A stretch of 63,473 nucleotides of DNA, filler included, from Fonticula-like sp. SCN 57-25 (GCA_001724245.1; 7 parts of 7 records of this genome joined end to end with filler, not necessarily neighbours in it); one strand, 5' to 3'. Shown: positions 12,201 through 24,188, counted from the whole stretch's first letter. Notes: generated from the letters alone by a model not told the origin. Numbers and translations are program-made.

Positions 12201-12528
12201 GCTCCTGGGCGACTCGCGGGACCAAGCGTCGCGGCGTCTGTATCCGCCGTCGCGGTTCCGGTCACCGCGGTACGCATCACGGCCATACCTGTCGTCGCGA
12301 CGCCGGTCATTGTAGCGCTGGTCACTGTAGCGCCGATCATCGTAACGCCGGTCATCTTCGTAGCGGCGCTTGCGATTTCCGTCGTCGTCGCGCCACGATT
12401 CGTTACGTCGGTGTCCGGATCCGCTCCTGCTTTTGCGCATGTTGTTAAGCAAGCGCCGGTCAAAATCTTTCGTACCTGTCATCACGGCGGCCATCGCGAG
12501 GGCGTCCAACGCCCCCGCTGTCCCCCAT
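9281..12528 (-). CDS. CMTR2: Cap-2 mRNA 2'-O-methyltransferase CMTR2-like, multi-exon, with an RD-rich N-terminus and internal G-patch
   Basis: TTAWAKMYE, HLCEAPGAFICATNHF, SLNPYHEAND, FGFDNTGNIM, VTGDGS, VLKMF and KPATSKAGNSETY give an intact K-D-K-E tetrad. Downstream GT-AG exons continue through a G-patch and a second degenerate MTase-like region to the stop at 9281. Confidence 0.88.
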
Positions 12529-12921
12529 AACGGGCACGAGGTATGGGTAACATTACTTTTTCCACGTTGCCCGCCCTCCGACTATGGTGACACTGAAGTG
12601 GGCGATTGTGATTGGTGGAATCGGCTGAATCTACCCCAAACAGTGGGTATGATTCATGCTAAAGGATGGACCAAGGATGCCTGTCACCTTGTCGCGGTGC
12701 AGGTAATACGAAAAACGCAATTAGACTGTGGACAAGTTAATAAATAGCTGGGTTACACTTCAAACGCATAGTTTACTCTTTTACTTATTCGGCTTGCTTG
12801 GAGAGGCCAGTAAAGTCTGCATTACAAGATTTGCGGAGTCCTCCCCTGAATCCAGCCCCAAATTTGGGGTACGATTCGTTTAGGTGTTTGGCCGCTGCTG
12901 GGCCCTGATCTTGAAGTCGCC

Positions 12922-15900
12922 ATGAAGGCGTTCAACACCCTGCGGAAGCTGGGCAAGGACAAGGAAAAGGAAAAGTCAAAGTCTTCAAATAGTGCGAATG
13001 CAACGCTTGTTCGCACCTCGAATACCGTGACTATGGCTTCCAAGACGCCGGCCTTTCAGTTGGGCGATTACGACTTTGCCCCGCGTCTCACCAGTGACGT
13101 CGTCGATATTCACACAGTACGTCGAGCAGCCCGATCGTACCGCTCGCTTCTCTAACTTATGACTTTAGGTTACCAATGACGGTTTCGCTGCGCCCCCGAC
13201 AGTATTGGCCTACGATACGCTTCAAAGCATTCTCGCCGTGGGCTGCGATTCTGGCCACATCAAACTATATCCGCTCATCCTTGTTTCGTGTTGACCACTA
13301 TGTGACTGCTGTTTGTGATTGAGCGTGCCACTTTTTACTTTGTTTCCTTGACTCTTTATTACTTATGGAAAGACAGGTCTCGAGCGCTCCATCCTGCTTC
13401 ACTCCAAGATGGCGGTTCGCCGGTTGCTCTTTTTGACGCCTGAGGTGCGCGCTGCTGCATGCGCCCCTCGGTCTTGTTTCTAACGCTCGCCCCTCGCCCT
13501 CAGCCTTTGTTAGTGAGTATTGACGGCAATGACAAGATCTACGTTTGGCAGATTGACACGCTGCGGTTGTACGGCTCTGTTCCGAGGTCGGCGTACCTCG
13601 ATTCGACATCCGCTGTCACTGCGATCGCTCTCCTGCCCGGCTCGGCCTACTTTTTCGTGGGCACGAGTGAGGGAGCCGTCATGGTTTTTGATGGAAAGCA
13701 GTGCAAGCGGACATTCTACGTTGCCGCGTGCCAGGCTGCTGGGGGTCCGTCGCCGGTCATCTCGATCGCCGCCCACCCCGAAGACGCGAACCAGCTGCTC
13801 ATCGGCTACCAGTCGGGCGAGGTCGCCCTTTGGGATTTTAGGGGGCGGAAGGCGTCCAGGATGTTTGCGATGGCCGGGCAGTCAATGTCGCTTACTGCTC
13901 TTGCATGGCACCCGCTTGGCCGGCACTTTGCCTGCGGCTACTCGTCGGGGCAGCTCGTCGTCTGGGACGTGTCGAGCAACAAGCCGGCCTTTATCAACGC
14001 CGGCAAGGAGGTCGCGAGCCAGGGCGACCATCATCTGCAGCAGCTTGAGCCCCTGACTCAGCTAAGGTGGTGCTCTCTGCCGCAGGTGGCCGATACGCTG
14101 CTCGTCGCGGTGGGCGGGACGCCTACGGACGAGATGCAGGGAATCACGGTGCTTCACCTCTTGGAAGGCAAGGTGAGAAAGTCGAATCTGATTGCCAGCG
14201 ACCGCCCCATCATCGCCCTCGAAGTGACGGGTTCGTCATTCTGGCAGAATGGCTGCCACGAACCCGGAGCGATTATTGCCCTCGTCCAGCAGGGCGGCCT
14301 GCGCGCATTTGACATTAACCGCGGGCTGCATCGCCTCGCCGTACCAGGGAGCATTGCCTTTTCGCTTTCGCCGATCTGCTGCATGCGCGTGTATGCCAAC
14401 GCGCCGCGCTTCCTGGCGGACGCTCTTGCTGCCGTGCCGGATGGAGGGCCGTCGCTGGCGTGGCCGCTCACGGGAGGCGGCTTTGCCGCAACCGACGCCA
14501 AGGCACCCGCTGGTTGCGACATTCTCGTGACTGCGCACACGGACAATTCTATCCGCTTCTGGGACGCCCGCAGCTGTACGATTTAAAAGCTATATTTTAG
14601 TTTTTGCTGATCCCTTTTTTTCCAGTGTCATACAAGCTGCTATACACCGTGCAGGTTGCGGTGGACGATGTCACGCTGCCTCCGAATGCAATTTCTTCGT
14701 TTGATTTTTGCGTGAATGATGTTTTATTGGCGGTTGGCTTGTCGGACGGTCTTGTTCTGCTGTACGAGTTTGTGACGCAGTCTGACCTTGCAGATCCGGT
14801 TTCCAACTCGCGCGAGGCCACTGGCAACCTCATCACGGTGCTCTCGCCGACCAAGGTAGGGCTGAACCCCATTGTGCGCATGCGCATGCACAAGAGCGCC
14901 GTCACTGTCGTGCGGCTGGCTACCGTTTGGGGCTTGTACGATGATCATCATGTTATTTTGTTATGTTACTTACATTGTGGTTGTTACAGGCTTGCGACGG
15001 GCGACTCGTCTGGCGTCCTGAGCGTGATCAATCTCGCGTCGGCGGAAGTTGTGTTCACGCGCATCATGACGTCGTCGCCGACGGCCACGGCCAAGGCAGA
15101 GCGCCAGATGATCAACCACCTCTCCTTTAGCTACTCGTACCCGAGCGAGTCGTCGCAGGAGCCGCACTGTCTCCTCTGGGCGGGCGCGGACGGCGGTGTC
15201 TTTGCCGCGCTCCGTATCACGCGGATGGGCGACGACGCGCTCTACTTTCACAACATCATGTCGTTCCCTGCGCCCGAGCCGGCGCCATGCGTCCTCATTG
15301 CCGTCCTGGACGAGAACGGCGCGTCGCTCGGCCCGCACAAGGACTTTTGGCCGCCCGTCGAGCTGGACGCCGAGGCCGAGGCGACCAACGCAGCGGCCGC
15401 CGTCGCGTCGGTCTCGGCGAACGGAGCGGGCGCGTCGCCGTCGCCCAGCGCGAGCCTGCCGACGCTCCACCACCCGCCGCACTTTGTCGTCGTTGTGGCT
15501 GCCAATCAGATCCGCGTGCACCTCAACAGCATTTCTGAGGTCAAGGTGGCCAAGGCGTCGCCCGAGGACGAGGATTCGGTGTTTGTGAACGCGCGCATCG
15601 TCACCAAGATGCACGGCGTCGAGGGCACCTGCCTTGTCGCCCTGACGAGCGACGGCAGCGTATGCGTGTACTCGCTGCCGCGCCTCGAGCTGATCCAATC
15701 GACCGTCGCGGCCGACGACGAAAAGGTGTGGCGCCTCCGGCAGGCGTGCTTCACGGATGACGGGCGGCTGTTCCTTCTCGTGGCCGACGCAGAGATTGCG
15801 CGGGTGTCGCTTTTCCTTGACGAAAATGTCCTCGGCGTGCCCGACTCGCTCCCCATCATGTACAACAGGCGTGTCGTCGCCCCGCCGCGGCCAAATGCGG

Positions 15901-16381
15901 GCCTGATGAAGACGCTCATGGGCGGGTTCATGAACACGAGTCCGGCCGACCTCGCGCCTCTCTGTACGCCTTGTGTGCCGATGCTCATGCGACTGACGTG
16001 CTTTGTCTAGTTGATGTCCGCGACGTGCAGATGGAGCGCGAAAAGGAGCGCGCGCAGCGGGACGATCTCAGTACGGCTCTCTTCTTTTGGGTTCACTTTT
16101 CTCATTATCCCAAAGTGGATGGCAGGGGAAAGAGCTCGTCATCTACACTGTCGTCGCCCGGCAAGCCGCCGCAGAATGCGGCGACCGCTGCCGCGATGAA
16201 GGAGAGCGGCACGGCGGCGCAGGCGATCCAGGCGGCGGCCAAGAACCTGCAGGAGCGCGGGCAAAAGCTGAGCGAGCTGGGCGACAAGGCGAGCGAGCTT
16301 TCGGACAGCGCGCTTCATTTTTCAGAGATGGCCCGCCAGATGCGCATGAGGGAAGAGAACAAGAAATGGTACGAGTTGTAG
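12922..16381 (+). CDS. Tomosyn (STXBP5/Lgl/Sro7 family) WD40 protein with C-terminal R-SNARE-like helix, 8 exons
   Basis: LAYDTLQSILAVG...GHIKLYGKTGLE, HPEDANQLLIGY, ILVTAHTDNSIRFWD, VYSLPRL, and C-terminal NLQERGQKLSELGDKASELSDSA...KKWYEL. Confidence 0.9.
13267..13362 (+). other. U12-type (minor spliceosome) AT-AC intron, 96 nt
   Basis: 5' end ATATCCGC, branch site TTTCCTTGAC at 13343-13352, 3' end AC at 13361-13362. Removal gives CT|T TAT GGA = IKLYGKTG, whereas the unspliced frame hits TGA. Confidence 0.88.
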
Positions 16382-16457
16382 GCTCCAGTAGTATTTACAC
16401 GTTACATTTGTTGATTGTATCATACACGCAAATGAAAAATAATGACAATACAAAAGC

Positions 16458-17627
16458 CTAGAGGCTCTGCAGCATGGCAGCGGCGGTCGGGCCGAGGCAC
16501 GCGCGAACATGCGCCACGAGGTCTGGTCTTTCCTCGCACGAAAAGTCGCAGCCGGGGCACGCGAGCCGCCGCGGCAGCTTGGCGAGCGACAAGGGCAGCG
16601 CAAACTCGCGGCGCGCCCAGTCGGCTAGCGAAGGCCGCGACGTGTCCAGGCGATAAACGCGCCCAATAATGACGTCGAGCTTTGACTTTAGTAGAGGGTC
16701 GGCGGCCGCGCGCGAGGCCATCGCCGCGCCATCGACGACGAGCGCGGCAAACGTCTCTGCCCTGTCCTCTTCCGGCGCCGACATGGCGTACGACGACACA
16801 AAGGCGGGGTTGGCATCCGCCGAGAAAACTTGCTCTTGATACAGGTGATGCGCAGTCTGTGCCGCCGCGCCGCCGCCTTCACCATATCGGAACCCTGGCG
16901 GGTTCAGCGCGGCCCATTCGGGGTCGCCCGCCTCGGCGGCTGCTGCTGCGCCGCCGTACACATCCAGAAAATGGTATATCTCGTGATGCATAATGCGCGC
17001 GAGATAGGCGCGGTCGTGTGTCGCACAGTGCCCGTCGACGTACAGCACGCGGTTGACGAGGTGCGGCAGCGCCTGGCGCTTGGCGCCATCAAACTTGAGA
17101 TCGCAGCACACCACGATGCGGTCAATGTTGGCGGCCTGCCAGAGACCCGTCGCGTACCACGACATCTCGGACGCAAGAATGCCAAGCCACGTCGGCCACA
17201 GCGCGACGTTTAGCGGACCCGCGCAAACATCGCCGTGCGCGCCGTGCGGGACGCGAAGGTGATCAACCGCGCGCTCAACAAGCACCTGCACCGACGAACC
17301 AACAAGCTTTACTTGCACATCGTCCGCGAACGCAGTCAAAGCCTGTGCATGAAGCGACGCTGCGTCAACAGCAAGGCGCCGCCAGCGGTCGGCATCGCCG
17401 GCATCGCCAAAGGAGACGGCAACGAGACGACCGCGAGGGTCCTCGAGGGCGAGAAAGTGACCGCCGCCCACCGAGACGTCATGAACACGCAGAATGTCGA
17501 CGATTTCGGCGCGCGCGTCCGCATGACCAATATGAAGCGCACCCTTTTCAATGACGAGCGCCATCGCGCCCGCTATGAGCGTCCACTCGCGCTCGCCCGG
17601 CCGAACCTCGTAGACATCGCGCCGCAT
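16458..17627 (-). CDS. Intronless putative zinc metallopeptidase with an N-terminal EVH1/PH-like region and C-terminal CCHC zinc finger
   Basis: HHEIYH zincin motif, FVSSYAMSAPEEDRAETFA third-ligand region, C-terminal CPGCDFSCEERPDLVAHVRAC. The first ATG of the frame is at 17627. Confidence 0.75.
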   Translation of the reverse strand: MRRDVYEVRPGEREWTLIAGAMALVIEKGALHIGHADARAEIVDILRVHDVSVGGGHFLALEDPRGRLVAVSFGDAGDADRWRRLAVDAASLHAQALTAFADDVQVKLVGSSVQVLVERAVDHLRVPHGAHGDVCAGPLNVALWPTWLGILASEMSWYATGLWQAANIDRIVVCCDLKFDGAKRQALPHLVNRVLYVDGHCATHDRAYLARIMHHEIYHFLDVYGGAAAAAEAGDPEWAALNPPGFRYGEGGGAAAQTAHHLYQEQVFSADANPAFVSSYAMSAPEEDRAETFAALVVDGAAMASRAAADPLLKSKLDVIIGRVYRLDTSRPSLADWARREFALPLSLAKLPRRLACPGCDFSCEERPDLVAHVRACLGPTAAAMLQSL

Positions 17628-17733
17628 CGCATACGCGCGAGACCGACCGGGACCGACTCCAAATAGTGACACAACAGCGCCGCGGTGTGCGTTGACGTGT
17701 TTCTCTAATTGGCCCCTGCTCGGCGCGCGAGCA

Positions 17734-17974
17734 ATGGACGACGCGGTCAAGGTCCGCTGCACCGCCTCTTGCCGCTTAACTGCTCATTGTGGTCATAGGT
17801 TTTGGACGCGGCGCTTTCGCGCGTGCGGGAGACGGTCGATGCAGCCTGCCTGGAGGTGGGTGAGGTGCCATCGTGGCAGTTTGACAAGTCGGGGCTCAGC
17901 GAGGATGTCGTTTTGAAGCAGTTTGGGCGCCAGCTGTGTGCGTCGCAGGGAGCAAGCCCACAGTGGCTGCATTT
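17734..17974 (+). CDS. Unknown protein, 5' fragment (exons 17734-17751, 17799->17974)
   Basis: ATG, a 47-nt GT-AG intron, then an open frame MDDAVK|VLDAALSRVRETV... running to the contig end. Confidence 0.5.
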
Positions 17975-18074
17975 NNNNNNNNNNNNNNNNNNNNNNNNNN
18001 NNNNNNNNNNNNNNNNNNTTAATTAATTAANNNNNNNNNNNNNNNNNNNNNNNNNNNNNNNNNNNNNNNNNNNN
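17975..18074. other. Artificial contig linker
   Basis: N44-TTAATTAATTAA-N44. Confidence 0.98.
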
Positions 18075-18459
18075 AATAAAAAAGACGCTCTTCCTCGCCC
18101 CGCCCCCACGCGCCCCAACCCACGCCGCCAGCTCGCCACCCGCCGCGCACCGTTTCTCTCTCTTTTTTCCTCCTTCCAAGCCTCCTTTTCTCAGAGTGTC
18201 GAGTGCAATCGCGTCCGCGGTCGGTCGCGAAGGCCCAGTCGGTTAATGTGTCGGTCTGCGGGAGGGAAAAAGGGAACGCACACGGCGCAAAGCCGCAAAG
18301 CCAGTCGTCGACGAAAATCAAACGTTTTGATTGGTGGGCAGGTTTGATTGCCTGCACGAGTGCGGCAGGGCTGCGCACAGGGTTGCGCATGGGTTGTGCA
18401 CGTGGGTGTGGGCAGGCTAAAGGTCATTGCGCGTGCGTTTGCGGATCCAGGTTCGGTGA

Positions 18460-18771
<312 letters not shown>

Positions 18772-18989
18772 GCATTGATGTGTGAGTAATGGAGAGGTGG
18801 ACCGCGCATTGTGCCGTCGATCTGTCTCTTTTGCAATTTCCCTGTTCCAGTATGCGGAATCACGCGTCTTAATAAAATGCGGTCCTGCGTTCATTTGATA
18901 ATGACAAAAATCGACAGAGAAAAAGAGGTTCAAAATGAGACACAATGATGCGTATTTACAGCCATGACTTGTTATTTTCCTTGTCGCGC

Positions 18990-20762
18990 TCACAGCGCCG
19001 CGCTCCTCGACTGCCTGTCGTCCGTGTCCGTGACGACAATCCCGACATTCTGATAGCTAATCGGCTTGCTGTCCACCGCGAACGCCGGGTGCGTGTACAC
19101 CGGGTCCGAGTACTCCACGTCCGGCACCTTTTCGCGCGCCGTTCCGCCGAGCTCAACGTCATAAACAAAGTAGTGCAGGATGAGCAGGCACACGACGCCC
19201 GACACGTACAGCGAGCCAACCAGCGGCAGCCACACGACCATGCGCGGCAGCTCGCCGTTCTCCCCGTCGACGATAAAGAGGCCCGAGCAGAAGAAGGCGA
19301 CGCCGGTCGCGACGGCCTCGAAAAAGTTGAACGTGGCAAAGCCCGCGACGGAGCTGTCAGCAAAGAGATGGGCGACGAGCACCGACAGAGTCGTCTGCAG
19401 CGACGCGTCGCTCAGACCAAACAGCGCGCCCGTGGCGAACAGTACGGGCAGATTGTTGACCGCGTCAGTGAACGTCAAGAGCGCCATGGCGGCGATGCAG
19501 AGCGACGCGCCAATGATGAGCAGCCAGCGTCTCCCAATATTGTCGGCGAAGCGGCTGAGCACGAGCGCGCCGAGCGCGTCGATTGCCGCGACGATGGCCA
19601 TCATATAAAGCTTGTTACTCTCGCCGGCCTGCACGTAGAGCGGGAGCGACCCAAAGAGGAACGCCTGCGACGCGCCGTAAAACCACACGAGCAGCATGAG
19701 CAACAGCGCCTTTGACGTCCTGATCGTGTTCACTACCTCGAGTAGCTTGCGCTGCCTCGGCTCGTCCGAATCCTGGTGGAACGAGTCCCACGACACGGAG
19801 CGGATGGCGTGCAGCGCAGCGAGACCGTGCACGGCGCCCTCTGGCAGGATCGCGCGGCCCGTCGAGCTCGTGAGCGGCATGCTGTACGAGCGGTAGTTTG
19901 GCGGGCGCGCACGCGGCGGCCGCGTCGGGGCGGCAACCTTGGTCGCGGGCGTCGCGAGGTCAAGGATGGCCTCGCGCGCGGGGTCGTCCAGGCCGTAGAT
20001 GCTCACGACGCTCTCATAGTTGGGCTGCATGCGCGCAAGGATCGAGTCGCGGTGCATCCCGCCAGTGTGGTTGGTGCTCACGCTGCTCGTCCGAGAGGGG
20101 ATGTCGAGCGTGTCGTGGAACTTTGCATCTTCCACCTCAACGTCCTCCTCTTCTTCCTCCTCCTCAACGACGCCAAAGTCGAGCATGTCGCCTTCGTCGG
20201 GCGCCTTGCGCAAAAAGAGCAGCATGACCGAGCCGAGCGCGCCGATGCCGAGGAGGATAAGGTACACTTGCGTGGTTGCAAGCGAGGAGAAGAGCACGGC
20301 CGCGGCGACGTTGCCGACGACGCCGCTCAGCAAAAAGCCAAAGAAGAAGAGGCCGGTGTTGAAGGCGAGGTAGTCGGGCGGAGAGCAGCGCGTCAGGTAC
20401 GAGCCCTGCGAGTTCCACAGCACGGACGAGGCAAAGCCGAGAAGGAGCGCGCTCGGGACAAGCAGAGCAAGCTGAAACGACATTTCCTTGTCGAGCGCGA
20501 AAATGTTGGCGACGACGAAAAGATGATACGCCAGCGCGGCTAGAGAAAGCGACACGCGCAGGCCAATCTTGTCGGCGACCCATGTGGCGAGAAAGTTGCC
20601 CAGCGCGACCGAGATGTAGAGCGATCCCAGCGACCAAAAGGCGACATTCGGAGGGAGCACGGACGAGGCGAGGTTCTGGACGACGGAAAAGGCAGAGTAT
20701 AACAGCAAAAAGGCAAGGCCGAGCACAATAATATCGCGGCGGTGCGGGTTGTCTTCGGACAT
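18990..20762 (-). CDS. UNC-93-like MFS membrane protein, intronless
   Basis: LGLAFLLLYSAF..VQNL, SLGSLY, LLGFASSVLWNSQGSYLT, two bundles of TM helices separated by a long loop, GALFGLSDA. Confidence 0.85.
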   Translation of the reverse strand: MSEDNPHRRDIIVLGLAFLLLYSAFSVVQNLASSVLPPNVAFWSLGSLYISVALGNFLATWVADKIGLRVSLSLAALAYHLFVVANIFALDKEMSFQLALLVPSALLLGFASSVLWNSQGSYLTRCSPPDYLAFNTGLFFFGFLLSGVVGNVAAAVLFSSLATTQVYLILLGIGALGSVMLLFLRKAPDEGDMLDFGVVEEEEEEEDVEVEDAKFHDTLDIPSRTSSVSTNHTGGMHRDSILARMQPNYESVVSIYGLDDPAREAILDLATPATKVAAPTRPPRARPPNYRSYSMPLTSSTGRAILPEGAVHGLAALHAIRSVSWDSFHQDSDEPRQRKLLEVVNTIRTSKALLLMLLVWFYGASQAFLFGSLPLYVQAGESNKLYMMAIVAAIDALGALVLSRFADNIGRRWLLIIGASLCIAAMALLTFTDAVNNLPVLFATGALFGLSDASLQTTLSVLVAHLFADSSVAGFATFNFFEAVATGVAFFCSGLFIVDGENGELPRMVVWLPLVGSLYVSGVVCLLILHYFVYDVELGGTAREKVPDVEYSDPVYTHPAFAVDSKPISYQNVGIVVTDTDDRQSRSAAL

Positions 20763-21428
20763 TGTCAATAGAAACTGGCGGAGACGGCCGGGTTAGCGTC
20801 CGCTGACAGGGCAAACGCGCACGCACCTCGCGTAGGAGTAAAAGGAAAAATAAGATCTGTCAAGGAATTGGGAGAAGAAAAGGCAAAGGAAGAAGGCTGA
20901 GCTCGTAGATCACTGTGACTAGCAGCAAGACACCTCCATTAAGCAGGGTACTTCTTCTCTTGAGCTACTGGACTCCGCTCCTTTCGTTCTGCTGTCGTGA
21001 CGAGGCACAATCGACAGGGCCGCAGAGAGTGAGCAAGTTTCCTTCATCCGGCTTGTCGCAGTGACAGGCCAGGCGCAACGGTGAAAAATAAAGGTACGGG
21101 ACAGCGTGTATCCACAAAAAAAGCAAAAGGACCTCGCGAACACGTCGGTCAATGGGGATACTCCGACGGGGGCGGGCGGGCGGGCAGGTACGGACGCTCG
21201 CTTGACGTCAGCAGGAGCCGCCCTTTCATTGGCTCCTGGTGGGTTGGTTTCGGTCGGTCAGCGTCCGTCTCGGGTACGTCTCGATAAAGTGGTGGTATAT
21301 TGGACGAATAAGCAAGCCAGAGAGGTATTATGCACAGTGCAGGTAGAGCAATACATTGCCCACACAGTGGCAAAGACTCATGCCGGCTTGATAGGCGACG
21401 TTGCGCCCCTCCCATAGTGCTAAAGGAT

Positions 21429-21500
21429 ATGCATGTCGCCCGGAATGCACCAATCACATTGCGCCGTCAGCTCAAATCAGCGCAAATCATGAAATCAGTC
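21429..21500. repeat. Diverged copy of the promoter-like segment at 22161-22228
   Basis: ATGCATGTCGCCCGGAATGCACCAATCACATT...AATCAGTC versus ATGCATGTCGCTCGGAATGAGCCAATCACATT...AATCAGTC; both contain a CCAAT box. Confidence 0.75.
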
Positions 21501-21717
21501 GTAAAACAAGAATGTATAATTGTGCTCGACAGTCATTGCTTGTCTAACGTACGTATACAGTATGGTACTTTAGTTTATTCAAATTGAGAACAGTGACTGT
21601 AAAAGGCTCTTTGTACGATTGTTCAATGTGCTTGCGTCTTGACCATCTAATTCTCAATATGGAGCTGTCCCGTCGGCAAAGTATACTTGATCCGGAGAAG
21701 GTCACGACCGAGGTCGT

Positions 21718-22116
21718 TCAAATTTCCTCAGACGAGTGTAGATCAACAGACTTGCCTGTGATGCGTGAGCTCTCTGCACCAGTGTCCTTCCGCCTCTCGC
21801 TTCGTCGTTGTCGATCTGCCTCGTAATTGCGATGCTGCGCTTGCGCCTTCTTCTTCATGGCGTGAAGTGTGATCTCTTCCTCCCTCATAAATCGAGGCGT
21901 CAGGTTGTCAACGTCCTCCGGGGTCACCTTGACAACAAAGAACTTGAAAGCGAAATAGGTTGTGCCCAACATCACGCCGTACTGACTCATCCTCTCTGCG
22001 CCCAAGCACATGCCTCTGTACACTCCTTGACCGATCTGTGAAGAAAGTACCATTTTGCCAAGCTTCACTGTGTGCTGAAATATCCCACGGGTTACGCCTC
22101 GTAGCGCGGCGAGCAT
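21718..22116 (-). CDS. 132-aa truncated paralog of the neighbouring ATPase N-terminus (transit-like peptide plus TM, no ATPase domain)
   Basis: GMCLGAERMSQYGVMLGTTYFAFKF...LTPRFMREEEITLHAMKK aligns without gaps to GMVLGAERLAQYGVMLGGGYLAFRF...LTPLFLREEERALYAMKK. Confidence 0.7.
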   Translation of the reverse strand: MLAALRGVTRGIFQHTVKLGKMVLSSQIGQGVYRGMCLGAERMSQYGVMLGTTYFAFKFFVVKVTPEDVDNLTPRFMREEEITLHAMKKKAQAQHRNYEADRQRRSERRKDTGAESSRITGKSVDLHSSEEI

Positions 22117-22211
22117 CTTGGCCGTTCAAACGTCCAGCGTGTCGCCGCTGTCAGCATACAATGCATGTCGCTCGGAATGAGCCAATCACATTCACCGCTC
22201 GAATCAGCGAT

Positions 22212-22280
22212 GAATCAGAGAATCAGTCATAGGATGGTTTGTTTCCTGTCCGCCGTGCAATGTCGCAAGCCGCCGGGCAC
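22212..22280 (+). repeat. Duplicated ATPase/Nudix intergenic segment, including the first 7 Nudix codons
   Basis: GAATCAGAGAATCAGTCA..ATGGTTTGTTT..TCCGCCGTGCAATGTCGCAAGCCGCCG(G/A)GCAC matches 24120-24209. Confidence 0.85.
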
Positions 22281-22494
22281 TTTTATCAATCGTAATATTA
22301 TGTCATATTATGATACAATATGATAGTACTATACAGCCGCAATCAAAATTACAACTTACAATGAGAATCATCTTTGCTGCTTTGTCTAAATTCGTAGGCA
22401 TGCGTTGGTGTCTCATGGCGTCCGGCGCCCACGAGCCTTGCTGATTAGCCAGCGGATATACTTACTATACTAGATGCTATAAAACCATGGGTGC

Positions 22495-23999
22495 CTATGC
22501 CGGGGGAGCAACTGGGATATCCGATCCAGCGGGCGACTCCGCTCCTGACGGCGCGGGCGGGGCCCAAACTCGTAGATATTCCCCAATTAGAACCCTGTAT
22601 GTAAGAGTTGATTCAATCTTGAGAACAGTACCGGTAAAAGGCTCAGCATATGAGAGAATTCCATATTCCACAAGCGTTCCAATGACCTTTTTGTTCAATG
22701 TTGCCGTTTCCTTGGCATCAAGGTCTGTAACGCGCAGCAGATCGGTCGGCTTGGTAAACTTTTTCAGGAGAAGACCAAGAACTGATTCAGTTTCTTGTGA
22801 ACTTAGGCCAAGTACATGGAACGCTCTATCCAAATCCGCTGCAAGGGTAACGCGTTAGACAAAACACACCAAAAAAAACACGCACCAACACGACGCTTGT
22901 ACAGGGCGCTTACTGCTTCAGTCAAAGTAGATTGGGTTCGATTGACTTCTTGAGCTATGGTCCGAAGATCAGAAAGTCGCCCTCCAACGGTTTGATATAC
23001 GCGCTGAAGGTCAGGTTCGGGCCTCTTATCCTCATCCAGCTCGCTTCGCAAATACTCAAACGCTTCCTCTCGAGTAAATTCTCCAACATAGATGGGGCGA
23101 ATGAGCGTCGAACGTAAAACCTTTTGCTGGGATACAACGGTCGTATCTGAGCTGACGAAAACAACCCGCACTACATCCTTCAGCGCCCATGCTTTGCACT
23201 GCTCAGCAAACATGCGGAACAACTCATACGTTTTCTCGTCAGAGAACTCGACGTGTGCCAAGTCGTCCACAACCAGCACAAGCTTTTTCTTGTCACTTAG
23301 GCTCCGCGCATACCTTTCAATCGTTGCCAAGAGGCGCTGCAAACGGTAGACTGGCGTCTCCTCGGGCTGACCGCCAGCTTTTTGCTGGCTAAGCGCAACA
23401 AGGAATCCAGGGCGCCCGTTTTGACCGGCGCCGCTGGCGACTGCTTCAACAAACGCTTCCTGGCAGTTGCAACCGCGGAGTTCAAGAACAAGGTATTCCA
23501 CCTTGTCCTTCTTCTTGAGATCTTGGGCGACCTCGCGCACGGCCCAGGACTTGCCAGTGCCCGGCTCGCCGGCGACTAGAAGCAACGGCATACCACCTTC
23601 TCCCTCGAGAAAAGTACGCAGCCAAGTTTTAAAGTCACCTTGTAGACCAATAGACGCGTTCCCTGCACTAAGGACCTTTGCCTTCTCGATCTGCATCTCT
23701 GTCACAGGTTGCTGTCGCTCCACGTGCTTTTTCATGGCGTAGAGCGCCCTCTCCTCCTCCCTCAAGAAAAGCGGCGTCAAGGATTCAACGTGGTCGGGGC
23801 TCACCTTGGAAAATACGAACCTGAACGCAAGATAGCCTCCGCCCAACATCACGCCGTACTGGGCCAACCTCTCTGCGCCCAAGACCATGCCCTTGATCAA
23901 CCCTTTGCGGATTCGAAACATAATAAACTCATTGCTACTAATACGTTGTTTCGTGCGCGCCGCTATCCTATGCAAGTTTCTCACGCTGGCGGCGTACAT
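22495..23999 (-). CDS. Membrane-anchored P-loop ATPase, probably mitochondrial (exons 23999-22886, 22838-22495)
   Basis: Basic transit-like N-terminus, one TM, Walker A GEPGTGKS, Walker B LVLVVDD, VVFVSSD, VGEFTREEAFEYL, VGGRLSDL. Confidence 0.8.
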
Positions 24000-24188
24000 C
24001 CTTGCTGTGATAAACACGAGCCGCCACCACGCCGAACCAGTCCGACTGATGGATGGGAGACGGAGGTTGCCGCCCGGATTTGCGCCGTCAGCAGCGGAAA
24101 CTAGCGCCAAAATCATGAGGAATCAGAGAATCAGTCACAAATTGGAATGGTTTGTTTGCGCTCGACGCGACTCCTGCTCCGCCGTGCA

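Noticed and set aside
20919-21416. Short minus-strand ORFs downstream of the third promoter-like copy
   Set aside because: No detectable similarity to the ATPase paralogs and no recognisable motifs; coding status is unsupported.
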